The notes beneath the pieces are model-generated. The model ran no database searches. It was given only the letters and a program-made list of their open reading frames with translations, and was not told the origin of the DNA. This document shows positions 1 through 8,189 of a DNA stretch of 32,128 nt, piece after piece. The translations under genes were made by a program, and so were the position numbers. The DNA comes from Candidatus Acidiferrales bacterium (GTDB taxonomy: Bacteria > Acidobacteriota > Terriglobia > Acidiferrales > UBA7541), in assembly GCA_035624135.1 (NCBI GenBank), contig DASPSB010000163.1:1-32128 (forward strand). Direction: 5' to 3'. Position 1 is the first letter of the stretch, and the number at the start of each line of letters is the position of its first letter.

Positions 1-64
1 GCGTTTCGTCCGTCTCCAAGGTTCGAGAGCGGCCAGGGCGCGGTACACTGGCACGAGCGGAGAA

Positions 65-1114
65 ATGATGGAGCCGGAGCAATACGAACGATACTCGCGG
101 CAGATTCTGTTTGCCCCGCTGGGAGAGGAAGGGCAGAAGCGCCTCGTGGAATCACGCGCCGTGGTGGTTGGATGCGGAGCGCTGGGCACGGTGTTGGCCG
201 GGCTGCTGGTACGCGCGGGGGTGGGACGGCTGCGCCTGGTGGACCGGGACTTCGTGGAGCTGTCGAACCTGCAGCGGCAGACGCTGTTTGAGGAAGGTGA
301 TGCGCGCGACGCCCTGCCGAAAGCGGTGGCGGCGGAGCGGCGGCTTCGCGCGATGAACAGCAGCGTCGCGGTGGAGGGCATGGTGGCGGATTTGACGCCG
401 GAAAACGCGGCGGATCTGCTGGGCGGGTTTCCGCTGATTCTGGACGGGACGGACAATTTTGAAACGCGCATGCTGATGAATGATTTCGCGGTGAGCGCGG
501 GCGTGCCGTGGATTTATGCCGCGGCGGTGGGCAGCTATGGAGTGACGTTCAGCGTGCGGCCGGGGGAGACGGCGTGCCTGGCGTGTCTCGTCGAGCCTCC
601 TGCCGAAGGAAATGGCGCGGCGCGCGCGCTGCCGCCGGAAGAGACGTGCGAAACGGCGGGAGTGTTGAATACGGCGGCCGGTGTGGTGGGGGCGCTGGAG
701 GCGGCGGAAGCGGTGAAGATACTGTCGGGGCATTCAGAAGCGCTTTCGGGACGGCTCGTCTCGTGCGACGTGTGGAAGGGCGAGTTCCGTTCGATTCGAG
801 TGGCGCGCGAGCCGGGATGCCGCGCATGCGGACGACGGGACTTCCGCTGGCTGGAGGGAGAAGCGCAGCCGCAGGTGACCCTGTGCGGGCGGGATTCGGT
901 GCAAATTCATGAGCGGCGGCGAAAATTGGATTTGGAGGAATTGGCGCGGCGGATCGCGGCGGTGGCCGGGGGAGTGCGAACGAATGGATTTCTGCTGCGA
1001 TTTGCGGCGGCGGGGTGCGAGGTGACTGTATTTCCGGACGGGCGCGCCGTGTTCAAAGGGACGAAGGACCCGGCGGTGGCGCGGTCGCTCTACGCCCGGT
1101 ATATTGGCGCGTGA
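65..1114 (+). CDS. ThiF/MoeB/HesA-family E1-like adenylyltransferase
   Basis: 349-aa ORF. It has an N-terminal YSRQ motif, a Rossmann GxGxxG (VVGCGALG) and DRDFVELSNLQRQ. Two CxxC pairs (CLAC, CRAC) are typical of the structural Zn site. A CETAGVL cysteine loop is present. The C-terminal ~90 aa end FPDGRAVFKGTKD...YARYIG. ThiF versus MoeB cannot be resolved from sequence alone. Confidence 0.85.
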   Translation: MMEPEQYERYSRQILFAPLGEEGQKRLVESRAVVVGCGALGTVLAGLLVRAGVGRLRLVDRDFVELSNLQRQTLFEEGDARDALPKAVAAERRLRAMNSSVAVEGMVADLTPENAADLLGGFPLILDGTDNFETRMLMNDFAVSAGVPWIYAAAVGSYGVTFSVRPGETACLACLVEPPAEGNGAARALPPEETCETAGVLNTAAGVVGALEAAEAVKILSGHSEALSGRLVSCDVWKGEFRSIRVAREPGCRACGRRDFRWLEGEAQPQVTLCGRDSVQIHERRRKLDLEELARRIAAVAGGVRTNGFLLRFAAAGCEVTVFPDGRAVFKGTKDPAVARSLYARYIGA

Positions 1115-1140
1115 ATTCCGCCCTGTCAGGAGGTTTCCCG

Positions 1141-2070
1141 ATGGATCGACGGTTGCTCGTGATTGGTGTGCTGGTTTGCGCGCTTGCAGGAGGGGAAATA
1201 GCGAGCGCCCAGACACAGGCGCCGCCGGATGCGCGGGCGGCGGAGCTGCGGGCGAAACTGGGACGCGAGCTGAACCAGGTGGCGGCGCAGTTCGACGGGG
1301 TGATGGCGATCGCGCTAAAGGATTTGGAGACGAATGACACGATAGCGATCAATGCGGACATGCTGATGCCGCAGGCCAGCTCAATCAAAACGGCCGTGCT
1401 CGTGGAGTTGCTGCGGCAGGCGCAGGCGGGAAAATTAAAACTGGAAGAGCGTGTGGAGATTCGGAAGTCGCAATTTGCCGGAGGCAGCGGGGTGCTGCAG
1501 GATTTCGGCGACGGAACGTCGGCCGTCTCGCTGCGCGACCTGGCCGCGCTGATGATTGTGGTGTCGGACAACACAGCGACGAACATCCTGATCGAGCGCG
1601 TGGGGCAGATGCAGGTGAACACGGCGATGCAGTCGCTGGGGTTCGAACGCACGCGGCTGATGCGGAAGATGATCCAGCCGGAAGAGGAGCGGCGGGGAGT
1701 AGAGAACGTGTCCACGGCGCGGGAGATGGCGGGGCTATACGAACAGCTCTATCGCGGGAAACTGCTCGATGCACAGCACACGGCGCTGGCAATCGAGCTG
1801 CTGAAGAACGAAAAATACGAGCCCACGCCAATGGGCCGGGGGCTGCCGGCAGGAGTGGCGCTGGCGAGCAAACCGGGAAGCCTGGGGGGTGTGCGCTGCG
1901 AGAGCGGGATTGTGCTGCTCGGGGGGCACCCGTACGTTCTGAGCGTGATGACGACGTATGCCGCCGACGACGCAGCGGCCGAGCGGGCGATTGCGGACGT
2001 TTCGCGGCGCGTGTATGCGTACGAGGAGCGGCTTGCACATTCCAATGCGCATGGAGTGAGAATTCCCTGA
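1141..2070 (+). CDS. class A beta-lactamase-related serine hydrolase, secreted
   Basis: The track ORF is 1015..2070. I prefer the ATG at 1141, which has AGGAGG upstream and lies 26 nt after the previous stop. That start gives the signal peptide MDRRLLVIGVLVCALAGGEIASAQ. Motifs are SxxK (SSIK), SDN (VSDNTATN) and KPG in place of KTG (SKPGS). Confidence 0.8.
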   Translation: MDRRLLVIGVLVCALAGGEIASAQTQAPPDARAAELRAKLGRELNQVAAQFDGVMAIALKDLETNDTIAINADMLMPQASSIKTAVLVELLRQAQAGKLKLEERVEIRKSQFAGGSGVLQDFGDGTSAVSLRDLAALMIVVSDNTATNILIERVGQMQVNTAMQSLGFERTRLMRKMIQPEEERRGVENVSTAREMAGLYEQLYRGKLLDAQHTALAIELLKNEKYEPTPMGRGLPAGVALASKPGSLGGVRCESGIVLLGGHPYVLSVMTTYAADDAAAERAIADVSRRVYAYEERLAHSNAHGVRIP

Positions 2071-2139
2071 GACGTTAATTCCGGGCACGTGGAATATCTG
2101 TGCGAGATGAAAGTGCGCCGCAGAGCAGGAGGATGCTCC

Positions 2140-2580
2140 ATGAAACGGGCCTTCGTGGAAGTCTTATTTGCGGCGGTGATTGTTTCCTATGCGGTGGAAG
2201 CAGCACGGGCAGATCGTCCGCAAACCGCCTACACGCTACCCGAGCAGGTTCAGTGGCAGGAAGATAAGGGAGCGGGAGTTCCCCCGGGTTCCTTTTTTGC
2301 GGTCTTGCATGGCAAGGAGAGCGATGCGTGCGGCCAGGTCTATTTGATCAAATTTCCTGACGGGTTCGTCTACCCCTGGCACGTGAACAATGTCGATGGA
2401 CTCTACACAGTGTTGAAAGGCACGCTGGTGATCGGTTTCGGCAAGAACCACGCAGAATCGGGCGAGCGCCTGCTGCCGACCGGATCGTTTGTGGACGGCC
2501 TGGCAACCGAGCCGCATTACGGTCGCGCCGTGGGAGAGACGATCTTTGAAGTTGTGATGCCTTGTCCTCCTCCGCGCTAG
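2140..2580 (+). CDS. secreted cupin-like protein
   Basis: The track ORF is 2089..2580. The ATG at 2140, preceded by GCAGGAGG, gives the signal peptide MKRAFVEVLFAAVIVSYAVEAARA. The remainder has a cupin-like strand pattern (VYLIKFPDGFVYPWH ... LPTGSF ... EPHYG). The family call is weak. Confidence 0.6.
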   Translation: MKRAFVEVLFAAVIVSYAVEAARADRPQTAYTLPEQVQWQEDKGAGVPPGSFFAVLHGKESDACGQVYLIKFPDGFVYPWHVNNVDGLYTVLKGTLVIGFGKNHAESGERLLPTGSFVDGLATEPHYGRAVGETIFEVVMPCPPPR

Positions 2581-2615
2581 GGAGCGAAGAGGAAAGGCGC
2601 GAACACGGCCTTGCT

Positions 2616-3494
2616 CTAGGGGAGCGGTTTTGCGGGTGAGCCGGCTTGGGCGGCAGGAGGGGGACGGCTGGCTGCGGTTTCCGTGGCGAGACGCTGGCCG
2701 GTCCAAGTTACCTCGACGTTTTCACGGAGGGTGCTGAACAGCTTGCGGCCTTCGAAGCTGGCGGTGAGTTTGAGCGGGAGATAGACGGCGTCGCCCATGC
2801 GGATCTGATCGAATCGCAAATCCGCCCTGTCGAGAGCGGCGAGCATGCCAAGCCAGACGCGGACGCGCTCGGTGAGTTGCGCTTCCACACGCACGATTTC
2901 CCAGTCCTGCTCGTCAATCCACACTTTGCCGGTGAGTTTGTTCAGCACGTAATCCTGGCGGCGGCGAACCGGCAAGTCGTTGGAGCGCGGCCAGAAGTGC
3001 AGGATGACGGCGGGACGGCCTGAAAACAATTCGCGGCCAACTACTTCGGACTTGAAGCGGTCGAAAAGCTCCTGGTCGAGCGGGACGCGGTCGGAATCGC
3101 CGCCGCCGAAATTCTGCGTGCTGCTGCGTTCGAAGAAGCGCTGCTGGCGCTGTTGCTCGTCGGCCAGATCGGAGGGAGCCAGGGATTTCCCGTTTTTCTC
3201 CACCAGGCGGGCGTAAACACCCCCGGCCAGCGGCCCGACGTCATAGACCCGGTCTTCGCGCTCGCGGAGGCGGCCCTTGTCGTCCAGCTTTTCGATGACG
3301 GTGTGTTGGACGGAGCGGAACTGGGCGCTGGCGTGGCGGATCTCGGGATTCTTAACCGCGGCGAGGACTTTGCGGAGAACCTCGTCGGCGGGAGGGAGCG
3401 GCGGATCATCGGCGGTGCCCGCGAGGCACGGAAAGGCGAGCGACGCCAGCGCGGCCAGCGCGAGCGGCAGAGCCGGCTTCGAAAACGCCCTCAC
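2616..3494 (-). CDS. secreted hypothetical protein (possibly LolA-fold lipoprotein-sorting-like)
   Basis: 292-aa ORF with signal peptide MRAFSKPALPLALAALASLAFPCLAG. Composition is coding-like and no catalytic motif is recognised. The fold suggestion rests only on size and beta-rich character. Confidence 0.6.
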   Translation of the reverse strand: MRAFSKPALPLALAALASLAFPCLAGTADDPPLPPADEVLRKVLAAVKNPEIRHASAQFRSVQHTVIEKLDDKGRLREREDRVYDVGPLAGGVYARLVEKNGKSLAPSDLADEQQRQQRFFERSSTQNFGGGDSDRVPLDQELFDRFKSEVVGRELFSGRPAVILHFWPRSNDLPVRRRQDYVLNKLTGKVWIDEQDWEIVRVEAQLTERVRVWLGMLAALDRADLRFDQIRMGDAVYLPLKLTASFEGRKLFSTLRENVEVTWTGQRLATETAASRPPPAAQAGSPAKPLP

Positions 3495-3572
3495 GGAACA
3501 GGTGATACCCCCCTCCGTTAGTGTACTGGAAAGCGGGCAGAAGTGCTGAGAGTTCGAGAGAGGGCGATGCGG

Positions 3573-3908
3573 TCAGGGGCTGGGGCGTGCTTTCGCGGCG
3601 CGTTCCATGGCGCGTTCGAGATTTTCGCGGAGGTTGATGAGGCTCAGGAATGCGTTGAGCACGCGGGCCTTCATATCGTCGGAGAGGCGATAGCCTCCCG
3701 TGGCGATGTGGCTGAGGCGCTCGCCATGTTCACGGAGGAAGGCGGCAATCTGGTCGTGGCGCTCGGTGGTGGCGCCGGCAGCGGTCTCGCGGCGCATGGC
3801 CGCGCAATTGCCGTCGAGCCAGACAAGGTAGTGATGCACGCACAACCCGCTATCCGCGAGCGCTGCGGGCACTTCGAGTTTGCAGCCTTGCAGCTGACAG
3901 GAAATCAT
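3573..3908 (-). CDS. small Cys-containing hypothetical protein
   Basis: The track ORF is 3573..3983. An internal ATG at 3908 gives MISCQLQGCKLEV...CVHHYL...C (possible metal site), followed by a helical, charged C-terminus. It is co-directional with its flanking genes. A same-phase + strand ORF (3543..3995) competes, so strand and start are uncertain. Confidence 0.45.
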   Translation of the reverse strand: MISCQLQGCKLEVPAALADSGLCVHHYLVWLDGNCAAMRRETAAGATTERHDQIAAFLREHGERLSHIATGGYRLSDDMKARVLNAFLSLINLRENLERAMERAAKARPSP

Positions 3909-4034
3909 GGGAACGGGGGCTCGGCTTGCCTGCGGCAAGCAGGCTCCTTCTGGATAGCACGGGCACCGGCTGGGCGCCAGCATGGAGCCGCGTGAATTTC
4001 CATGCGAGACATGGGGGAAGCACTACGCATTGCT

Positions 4035-5534
4035 TCAGCGGGAGGCGGAGGCGCTGGCGGTGCGCGCGGCGTTCAAATCAGATAGGACGTAGCGGAGGAG
4101 GGATTCGAGCAGCGTGGTGCGCGGAAAGTGATTGTGATTGACGAGTTTTCTGAGTTCGGGGTCGCTCGTGTTTTCGTAGGGAATGGCCACTGCGATGTGG
4201 TCGGCGTGCACGGCGCCGAGAATATGTCCGCCGGGATAGCGCGTATCGCTCTCCAACAACTGGCTATCCTCGGGCTGGCCGAAGATGGAGAGAAACATCC
4301 ATGCTTCGAGCAAAACCTTCGATGTTTCGTCTTTCGAGGAAAAGGCGGAAATCGAGTACACAGGAAATCCCGGATCGGGATGCTGGGCCAGAAATTTGCG
4401 GCGAACATCGCGGCGCAGGCTGCGAAAGGCGGAATACAGATCGCCCTTGCACTGGCCGAGGCTGATAGCTTGAATCCACTGCTGGGCCTGAACGGGCATG
4501 AGGTCGGCGATCGGCGAACCGCCGATGGCTCCGGCGACGGTGATGAGAGCGGCAACATCGCGGGCAGCTTCCGGATCGCCCGCCATTCCCTCGAGAATGT
4601 CGGGCGCGCCTTTGCTGTATCCAATCAGGATGAATTTGCGGCCGTCCTTGCGGTAGCTCGCTTTGATGAATTGGGCGATGGTCTTGCCGTTGACGGCGCT
4701 CGAGCCGTCGGGCGCAGGAATCAGGTCCACGGTGATGCCGTGGACGGCGCGCATATGTTCGCGGCCCTCGCGGAAGGCAGTGGAGTCGCCGCCGCAAACG
4801 GAGAGTACGCCGGAGACGATGGCCACGTGATAGTTGCGCGGGATGGCTTGCAGAGCGACGCGGTGCTCGACGGCGTCCTGGATGTAATCGGAGCACGTTC
4901 CCCACTGGCCCGCGTCAGGATGTTCGCGCTCCAGGACCGTGCAGAAGACGGCGGAGAAGGGCGCATCGGCGTGGGCAACGGACGGCGGGTTTGCGGCTGA
5001 GGCGGGGGCGCGGGAGAGAATCCTGATGGCGACGTGATAGGTGCCGTCGCCCCTGTCGCCAGGCGCTTGATTGATGCCGAGATAGAGCCGGCCGGTCGCG
5101 GGAGCCGGGAACTGGCTGCTCGTGCCCACGAAGAAGGGGCGGCTGGCCTCGCCCATGCCGATGCGAGCGATGAGGGCGCCGCGGCCTGCCGCACTGATGG
5201 GGAGAAAGCGGATCAAATCCTTCAAACCGCGAGTGAGGCCATCGGGGCCGGAGGGTTGCCTGGTACCGGCGTAAACGAGTTCACCATTGGTGATGACACG
5301 AACGGAGTCGCCTGTCTGGAGATCGAGACCGGTGTCCTGCCAGAGCGTGGAGCCGGGGAGATCGATGGTGAGTTCGGCCAGTGAGCCGTTCGCGGGCGCG
5401 GTGGGTTGATCCTGTTGCATAGTGCCAGTGACGGTGGGAACGGCGGGTTGGACTAGGAGCGCAATCGAAGCGAGCAGGGCGAGGCCGAGAGCGAGGCGCG
5501 CCCAGGAATGGAACTTCGAGTGCGACGCGGTCAT
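4035..5534 (-). CDS. membrane-anchored or secreted LecA/PA-IL-like lectin domain fused to an alpha/beta-hydrolase (lipase/esterase-like)
   Basis: 499 aa with an N-terminal hydrophobic anchor (WARLALGLALLASIALLV). Residues ~50-175 match the PA-IL/LecA pattern (TGDSVRVITNGELVYAG...GPDG...GALIARIG...GRLYLGINQ...GTYHVAI). The C-terminal half has the nucleophile elbow GYSKG (Ser ~307) and a late HADH motif. Confidence 0.75.
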   Translation of the reverse strand: MTASHSKFHSWARLALGLALLASIALLVQPAVPTVTGTMQQDQPTAPANGSLAELTIDLPGSTLWQDTGLDLQTGDSVRVITNGELVYAGTRQPSGPDGLTRGLKDLIRFLPISAAGRGALIARIGMGEASRPFFVGTSSQFPAPATGRLYLGINQAPGDRGDGTYHVAIRILSRAPASAANPPSVAHADAPFSAVFCTVLEREHPDAGQWGTCSDYIQDAVEHRVALQAIPRNYHVAIVSGVLSVCGGDSTAFREGREHMRAVHGITVDLIPAPDGSSAVNGKTIAQFIKASYRKDGRKFILIGYSKGAPDILEGMAGDPEAARDVAALITVAGAIGGSPIADLMPVQAQQWIQAISLGQCKGDLYSAFRSLRRDVRRKFLAQHPDPGFPVYSISAFSSKDETSKVLLEAWMFLSIFGQPEDSQLLESDTRYPGGHILGAVHADHIAVAIPYENTSDPELRKLVNHNHFPRTTLLESLLRYVLSDLNAARTASASASR

Positions 5535-5692
5535 GTCGTTGCGATGTTCGCTTTGGATGCGCGCACGGGCCGGGCAAAGTCAGGATAACGGGCGGGGAAA
5601 GCCGCCGCAAGGAAGGACGGCAAAAGAGGGGAACGGGGTTGCCCTGGCCGGGAAGAGCGCGGGCAGAATCAGAAGGGCAGCGACAAGCCGGA

Positions 5693-5713
5693 CACGACAT
5701 GTCGTGCCCCTAC
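5693..5713. repeat. palindromic repeat family A, copy 1 (CACGACATGTCGTGCCCCTAC)
   Basis: The 14-nt perfect palindrome CACGACATGTCGTG has a CCCCTAC flank and overlaps the stop codon of the acyl-CoA dehydrogenase gene (5710-5712). It matches the reverse complement of 19571-19591 over 21 of 21 nt. Confidence 0.7.
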
Positions 5714-7155
5714 GAGGAGAGATGAGATGCCGTGAAGAATGCGAGGCGGCGGAAAAGAGGTTCAGCCTGAACTTCCTTTTGGTCGGTGGGCAGGGTCAGC
5801 AGGCGCTGGATATCCGCCTCCAGTTCGCGCACCTCGTGTGAGGGCGCAGATCCGGCCAAATGCGCGAAGAGCAACTTGTGGGCCTGCTTGCGTTCCATGA
5901 CCTCCAGGCCGTCGAGAATCTGGCGGTGGGAGGTGCCTTCCCAGATGGCGAGAATCATGGCTTCGCGGAGCCAGCGTTCGACGCCGAATTCGGCGAGAGT
6001 GCCGAGGCCGCCGTGAACTTCCATGGTCCACTTGGCGGTGTCAATGGCGAATTCGGCGGTCCAATACTTGGCGAGATGCGCGACGAGGCGGAAGAGGTGG
6101 TAGCGATCGGAATAGGGCGGATGCTCGGTCCAGACCTGGTCGAGAAGGCGAACGGATTCCCAGGCGAGAGCGAAAGCGGAACGGAGCGAGTGCAGGCGGG
6201 CCTGGAACTGATGGTGAAGCAAGGGATGGTCGAGAATGCGCTTGCCGAAGGCGGCGCGGCATTCCGCGTAGGCGAGTGCGTCCGCCATGGCTCGCTGTGC
6301 GAGCGCGACGCTCACCACGCTGTTCGCGACGCGAGAGAGATTCAGGACTTCGAGGATCAGATAAATGCCGGAGTCCGCGGAGCCGAGAAGATAGGCTTCG
6401 CTCTCGCGCAGCTCGATTTCACCGGTGGGCACGGAGCGTGTGGCGATCTTGTCTTTCAGCCGGCGGATGGAAAGATTGAGTGAGCCGTCGCTGCGAAACC
6501 GGGGAACCAGAAAGAGCGCGAGGCCGCGAACGCCCGGGAGTGCGCCTTCCGGCCGGGCAGCGGCGACGGCCAGCTCGGCGTGGGCATTGCTGGCGAAATA
6601 CTTGTCGCCGGTGAGGAGCCAGCGGTCGCCGGCGGGCCGGGCGATGGTCTTGACGCCGGCGCCGAGGTCGGACCCTCCTTCGATTTCTGTCATCCAGGTG
6701 GCGCCCTGCCACACGGAATCGTCTTTGCTGAGGAGATGCGGGAGGAAACGCCCCTGCGTCTCGGCGCTGCCGTATTTTGAAAGGGGGAGAGCCGTGCCGA
6801 GCGAGACGGTGTAGGGGCAACAGATGCCGGGATCATAAAACGAAATTGCGTAGATGAGGAGATACGATGGGATGAGGGACTTTTCTTCCAGAGCGCGCCA
6901 GATGACTCCGGCGCGATAGCCGCGACGGAGCATGGTGTAGTACTCGGCGGGATAGAGGATTTCGTCGACGCGCTTTCCGGAGCGGTCGAACATGCGGACC
7001 CAGGGAATGCCGGCGCGGTCGATGGCGGAGGAGATGGGAAGGGCCGCGGTGCTCCACCAGTCCTGCTCGGATTCGAGGAGATCATGATGGGGGACGGTAG
7101 GAAGCGCAGTGCGCAGGAAGCCCAGCGGAGCGCGAATCGATTCCAGGGCGGACAT
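5710..7155 (-). CDS. acyl-CoA dehydrogenase family protein (AidB-like)
   Basis: 481 aa. The middle domain has WMTEIEGGSDLG and GDKYFASN. The C-terminal helical domain has EVHGGLG...ERWLREA...IWEGT, typical of the AidB-like ACAD subfamily. Confidence 0.85.
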   Translation of the reverse strand: MSALESIRAPLGFLRTALPTVPHHDLLESEQDWWSTAALPISSAIDRAGIPWVRMFDRSGKRVDEILYPAEYYTMLRRGYRAGVIWRALEEKSLIPSYLLIYAISFYDPGICCPYTVSLGTALPLSKYGSAETQGRFLPHLLSKDDSVWQGATWMTEIEGGSDLGAGVKTIARPAGDRWLLTGDKYFASNAHAELAVAAARPEGALPGVRGLALFLVPRFRSDGSLNLSIRRLKDKIATRSVPTGEIELRESEAYLLGSADSGIYLILEVLNLSRVANSVVSVALAQRAMADALAYAECRAAFGKRILDHPLLHHQFQARLHSLRSAFALAWESVRLLDQVWTEHPPYSDRYHLFRLVAHLAKYWTAEFAIDTAKWTMEVHGGLGTLAEFGVERWLREAMILAIWEGTSHRQILDGLEVMERKQAHKLLFAHLAGSAPSHEVRELEADIQRLLTLPTDQKEVQAEPLFRRLAFFTASHLSS

Positions 7156-7232
7156 CGAAAGGCATGTTAGGCGGGGGGTGAGGGGGCGTCAAGCCGAGCA
7201 GGCACGCAAGCCCGGATATGGGCGAAGCGGTT

Positions 7233-8006
7233 CTACGGTTGTTTCTGCATGTCGAAGGTCCTCGTGGTATTGCTTTCCTTATCCTCAAAAACGACGTGGA
7301 TCGAGTTCCCGTCGGGCACAACGGACATGTGCGCAATCCCGACTACTTTCCCGTTGCGTTTCGAGGTTATTTCAACTGAGGTTGGGCTAATTCGCTTCAC
7401 GGATACCACCGTGTGACCGGGGTCGTCCTCGACGGGGTAATCCTTACCATCGAATTTTGCGTCATACCTTTCGCCCAGAGGTGTCTCCGCACTAAATCCG
7501 TCCGCGGTGCACTTATATTTGATCAGCGAACCGTTCCTGGAACGATTGGATCCGTAGACGCGCCAGGAGCCGGAAATGGCGTGGGAGCCGGCGGGTCCTT
7601 TTTCGATCCGCCGGCTGCGCGTCTCAATCGTGACGGTCTCCGCTTCCGTCGTGTCTCGCACGAATTGGGTCAGCGTATTTCCGTCTGGAGAAATGGTATC
7701 GACCTCGGTGAACATCGTTTTCCCAGATTTCTTGGCGATGAGTTCGACTGTGCGCGCATCCACTACCCGAACACTGACGGTGTCCCAGTAGCTCGTTTCC
7801 GCAATTTTGTGGTCGTGCCCGTCGGCCTGGATTTCCCGGTTGGCCAGGCAATCCGAGCAGCGAAATTTGCCCTGGGCGAGTAGATACACCGCTGGCTTCT
7901 GCGATAGCTGCACCGTGTCGGAGTTGACCAGCCAAGTGCCGTCGAAAGGGCTTTGGGCGAATGCCGCTGCCGGCGACAAAAGTAAGAGAATGAGGAGCGC
8001 CTTCAT
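7233..8006 (-). CDS. secreted hypothetical protein with internally duplicated beta-rich domain
   Basis: 257 aa with signal peptide [18 protein letters not shown]. There are two related halves ([10 protein letters not shown]... and [10 protein letters not shown]...). GC content is visibly lower than in neighbouring genes. Confidence 0.7.
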   Translation of the reverse strand: MKALLILLLLSPAAAFAQSPFDGTWLVNSDTVQLSQKPAVYLLAQGKFRCSDCLANREIQADGHDHKIAETSYWDTVSVRVVDARTVELIAKKSGKTMFTEVDTISPDGNTLTQFVRDTTEAETVTIETRSRRIEKGPAGSHAISGSWRVYGSNRSRNGSLIKYKCTADGFSAETPLGERYDAKFDGKDYPVEDDPGHTVVSVKRISPTSVEITSKRNGKVVGIAHMSVVPDGNSIHVVFEDKESNTTRTFDMQKQP

Positions 8007-8093
8007 GAGAGAGATTCTCCGGGCACGACTAGACAGATCTTAACGCCAAGATCCGGACAGGTGGCGAGACCCGCACCGCCGAAAGCCCTGCGG

Positions 8094-8109
8094 TCCCGAA
8101 GTTTCGGGA
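8094..8109. repeat. palindromic repeat family B, copy 1 (TCCCGAAGTTTCGGGA)
   Basis: Near-perfect 16-nt palindrome with one central mismatch, preceded by GCGG. It lies in the divergent intergenic region between the gene at 7233..8006 (-) and mscL (+). Confidence 0.65.
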
Positions 8110-8127
8110 GCCGGAGCTACCAAATCA

Positions 8128-8157
8128 TTGACAATTGGGACGGCAAAACGCAGCATC
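8128..8157 (+). promoter_or_regulatory. promoter-like motif TTGACA-N17-GCAGCATC upstream of mscL
   Basis: TTGACA lies at 8128-8133, a 17-nt spacer follows, and CAGCAT lies at 8151-8156 within the 8-mer GCAGCATC. It sits 18 nt downstream of palindrome B copy 1 and 33 nt upstream of the mscL ATG. The same arrangement recurs at 13057-13086. Confidence 0.35.
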
Positions 8158-8189
8158 GCGCGAGCAACGAGTTGCGGAGGGAGGAGAGA

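Noticed and set aside
44-49. TACACT hexamers 15-19 nt upstream of the ThiF start (44-49) and of the ABC ATPase GTG (16469-16474) as -10 elements.
   Set aside because: No matching -35 is present, the implied leaders are very short, and two occurrences of a 6-mer in 32 kb are not significant.
65-1114. E1-like ThiF as part of a CBASS/Cap2-type or ubiquitin-like defence system.
   Set aside because: There is no fused or adjacent E2-like, JAB, CD-NTase or effector gene. The motifs and the C-terminal domain fit ordinary ThiF/MoeB enzymes.
1015-1140. Long N-terminal extensions of track ORFs. Examples are 1015, 2089, 8061, 13053, 15543, 20077, 20708 and 29971.
   Set aside because: The extensions are Arg/Gly-rich and overlap upstream genes or intergenic DNA. 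They also precede an internal ATG that has a Shine-Dalgarno-like motif and gives a canonical N-terminus or signal peptide.
1141-2070. Calling the beta-lactamase-fold protein an antibiotic-resistance beta-lactamase.
   Set aside because: KTG is replaced by KPG and there is no context of resistance or mobile elements. Many such proteins are environmental serine hydrolases, so only the family-level call is supported.
3543-3995. 150-aa + strand ORF in the same codon phase as the minus-strand ORF 3573..3983.
   Set aside because: GC3 does not discriminate clearly by eye. I favoured the minus strand because it is co-directional with both neighbours and has a more protein-like helical, charged C-terminal half. 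This remains uncertain, hence confidence 0.45.
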